From an uncultured archaeon (GTDB taxonomy: Archaea; Asgardarchaeota; Lokiarchaeia; Sigyniarchaeales; SOKP01), in NCBI GenBank assembly GCA_964388035.1, contig CAYLZE010000014.1, positions 1-64,000 of the forward strand: a DNA stretch of 64,000 bases. Direction: 5' to 3'. Positions 61,909 to 64,000 of this stretch are shown piece after piece. The position numbers and the translations under genes were made by a program. The notes below the pieces were generated by a model that worked only from the letters and a program-made list of their open reading frames with translations, made no database searches and was not told where the DNA came from. The first letter of the stretch is position 1, and each line of letters starts with the position of its first letter.

Positions 61909-62538
61909 ATGCATGAAAAAAAAGAAACAAAAGAAATTGTAACGCTTAGTTCTATCATGAGCCAAATAAACCAACTTTATGAAAGAAAAAAAGAGGAGCT
62001 TGAGGAGCTCAAGATTGAAATAGAACAATTACGAGAAATCATGAATGAATTAAATAGCATCGTTTCAAATAAATCTTTCCAAAGTGCTGACCAGATCTAT
62101 TCAAGCTTGTTACAAGGAGAAGGGACGGGCATTTCCCAAAATGTAGAAGATATCGAAAAGAAATATTTTAACGAGGCTATTTCCAAAGAAATTGTGAGAG
62201 ATACAAACATCAAAAGAAAGATCTTTTCTTGTGATGAGAAAAGAGAACTGTTATGCATTCTTAACTTTAAAGATTTTAATCGAGTAGAGATTAAATTTAT
62301 TGATCCTGAAGCCCAAGGTCTTAAAGAAACTTCGGAAGCTTTTTTAAACATTTTTGTCAGAGAAGCTCTTATCAAAATTAAAGAAAAGAATACTAACATG
62401 GAATTAAAGTATCATTTTTACAAGGATACCGACATAATCGAGGCAATCAGCATATTGCATCTTAATACAATCAGTGAATATGATCTTATCACCTCAAAAA
62501 TAAGTCAACTCCTTCTAGTACTTTCCCAAAATCACTAA
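61909..62538 (+). CDS. Hypothetical protein with N-terminal coiled coil
   Basis: Heptad-like E/K/L-rich N-terminus. Confidence 0.7.
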   Translation: MHEKKETKEIVTLSSIMSQINQLYERKKEELEELKIEIEQLREIMNELNSIVSNKSFQSADQIYSSLLQGEGTGISQNVEDIEKKYFNEAISKEIVRDTNIKRKIFSCDEKRELLCILNFKDFNRVEIKFIDPEAQGLKETSEAFLNIFVREALIKIKEKNTNMELKYHFYKDTDIIEAISILHLNTISEYDLITSKISQLLLVLSQNH

Positions 62539-62726
62539 AATATTTATAATGGGAGTTTGATTATATGCTTAAAAACACGTGCTTAAAAACAAGTTTTTAA
62601 AAAAAAAAAATCGATAGTGTTAGGTTAAGACGAAAAAGTATTAACATATTAACACATATCAATTATATATTGTATAAAATATTAATTCAATCGTAATTGA
62701 TTTTTAATCCAAGGAGTTTAAACACA

Positions 62727-63542
62727 ATGGCGAAAAAAAGGAATTGGTTGCAGATACCCAAAGTGCACAGTAAATATAATAATAACGAACTGGAAAATGC
62801 TTTAACCGATAAAGCCACTCAACTGCTTTCTACAGAGGAAAAAAATGCCCCTTCTTATATATTTCTTACAGGGGGTTTCTTTGATGTAAAGGGGTTTGCC
62901 TATTCCGCACTACGTGCATGGAAGGGAGCAATAAAACCTTCTGAGGATGATAGTAGTCGAAGACCGCTCCTTGAAGCGACCTTCGCTTCGTTATCCGTAT
63001 ATCTTAGTTCTCTCTTATCTTTACAATCGGATTTCTATTTTGCTTATGATGAAATCAAGGAAATCTTAATTGAAAAAAATAGAGAAGATTTGTGGGTTAT
63101 AGTCTCCGATAAGTTGCCATTTATTTCGCTTCCACCTAAAGAAATGTATGGAAAACGTGTATCCCCCATATCCCCCTATTTTATAATCGAACAAGATGGA
63201 GATCTCATTCTCGGAGAAATTTATCCTTCTGTTTATCTTTCATCCGTCATAAAGTCCATTAAATCACGCTTTTTCACTTTTTTCCAATACCAAGGTTATA
63301 CTGCTTTCGGTTTTTTCAACTCCCTACCGACACGCAATGAATTTGGATTTGAGCAAGCACCAAGAGATTTCGACACGGATCCTACGCCAGAAAATCTTAT
63401 TAAATACATTAGAAAAGCCAAAAATCTCAAAGAAGTGCTAATTGCTCTTATACACAGCCATAATAACGCCTTCTTGGAGCAATATCTTATTGAAGACTAT
63501 GAGCTTTTGCTCAATGAACTTCTGAAGGGGGAGAGCTTCTAA
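62727..63542 (+). CDS. Hypothetical protein directly upstream of a GTPase
   Basis: AGGAG SD before ATG 62727; stop codon 1 bp before the next ATG. Confidence 0.75.
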   Translation: MAKKRNWLQIPKVHSKYNNNELENALTDKATQLLSTEEKNAPSYIFLTGGFFDVKGFAYSALRAWKGAIKPSEDDSSRRPLLEATFASLSVYLSSLLSLQSDFYFAYDEIKEILIEKNREDLWVIVSDKLPFISLPPKEMYGKRVSPISPYFIIEQDGDLILGEIYPSVYLSSVIKSIKSRFFTFFQYQGYTAFGFFNSLPTRNEFGFEQAPRDFDTDPTPENLIKYIRKAKNLKEVLIALIHSHNNAFLEQYLIEDYELLLNELLKGESF

Positions 63543-63543
63543 A

Positions 63544-64000
63544 ATGGTGAATGTGGGCTTATTAGGAGATGTAAGCGTCGGAAAGACCTCCATTTTACGT
63601 CTTTTTGTTAGGTATCTCAATAAAGGACAAATTGAGAATGTAGAAGGAGGAAAAAAATGCACGGTGGTGAAAACCGATTTTAGCGGGGAAGCTACCATCC
63701 CGACGGGTGGAGAAAAAGAAACAAAAACCATCCACCCCAATCGAGTCGTTTTTCGGGAAGATGATAATAACAAAACACATACGATATTCGGTCCTGGAGG
63801 AGATGCGAGTAGGGCAGTGGTTAGGATGGGTATAATCACGATTTCAAGAATTGCCACCCAAATCATTGCAGTATTTGCAATGGATCGCGAATTAAAACAG
63901 CAGTTTGAATTTTTTAATGATGTTCGATTTTTTCCGGATAAAATAAATGTGTGCATCAATAAATTTGATTTAGTGGACGGAGATGCTAGCGCGAAACAAA
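63544..64000 (+). CDS. Small P-loop GTPase (partial, runs off the window; absent from the ORF track)
   Basis: MVNVGLLGDVSVGKTS (G1), TKTI (G2), IFGPGG at the G3 position, CINKFD (G4). Confidence 0.85.
   Translation, partial: MVNVGLLGDVSVGKTSILRLFVRYLNKGQIENVEGGKKCTVVKTDFSGEATIPTGGEKETKTIHPNRVVFREDDNNKTHTIFGPGGDASRAVVRMGIITISRIATQIIAVFAMDRELKQQFEFFNDVRFFPDKINVCINKFDLVDGDASAKQ

Noticed and set aside
63438-63959. 173-aa minus-strand ORF
   Set aside because: Antisense shadow of the plus-strand GTPase, which carries clear motifs.
1-64000. CRISPR arrays, tRNA/rRNA genes, IS transposases, integrases
   Set aside because: No regularly spaced repeats, cloverleaf-like or GC-rich structural RNA tracts, or DDE/HUH/tyrosine-recombinase motifs seen by eye; tRNAscan-SE/Infernal would be needed to exclude small RNAs.

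Overview
AT-rich archaeal chromosomal segment, very probably from an Asgard archaeon (Lokiarchaeia). It encodes Roadblock/LC7, longin-like, single-domain gelsolin, LRR and small-GTPase proteins alongside housekeeping genes (adk, ndk, aroD, thyA, mutY, tatD, maf, yjjX, htpX, hsp20). I saw no rRNA, tRNA, CRISPR array or intact transposase. The main result is a co-directional cluster at 51.8-58.2 kb: Roadblock - Roadblock/Pro-rich/helical - gelsolin - FIST - LuxE-like acyl-protein synthetase - LuxC-like acyl reductase. It joins eukaryotic-signature cytoskeletal/GTPase-regulator domains to a fatty-acid-reductase module that has no luciferase. Hand translation of intergenic DNA shows a second, inverted, reciprocally decayed copy at 35-39 kb: intact gelsolin and HEAT/appendage genes flank a collapsed FIST/LuxC relic, and a relic of the HEAT/appendage gene lies behind the intact luxC. 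Also hidden from the ORF track: a UxxC peroxiredoxin-like selenoprotein candidate (in-frame TGA), two genes that appear to need ATA/ATC starts, a small GTPase with an atypical G3 motif running off the right edge, a ~270-bp dispersed repeat, and several pseudogenes. All calls come from motif reading by eye; no database searches were run.
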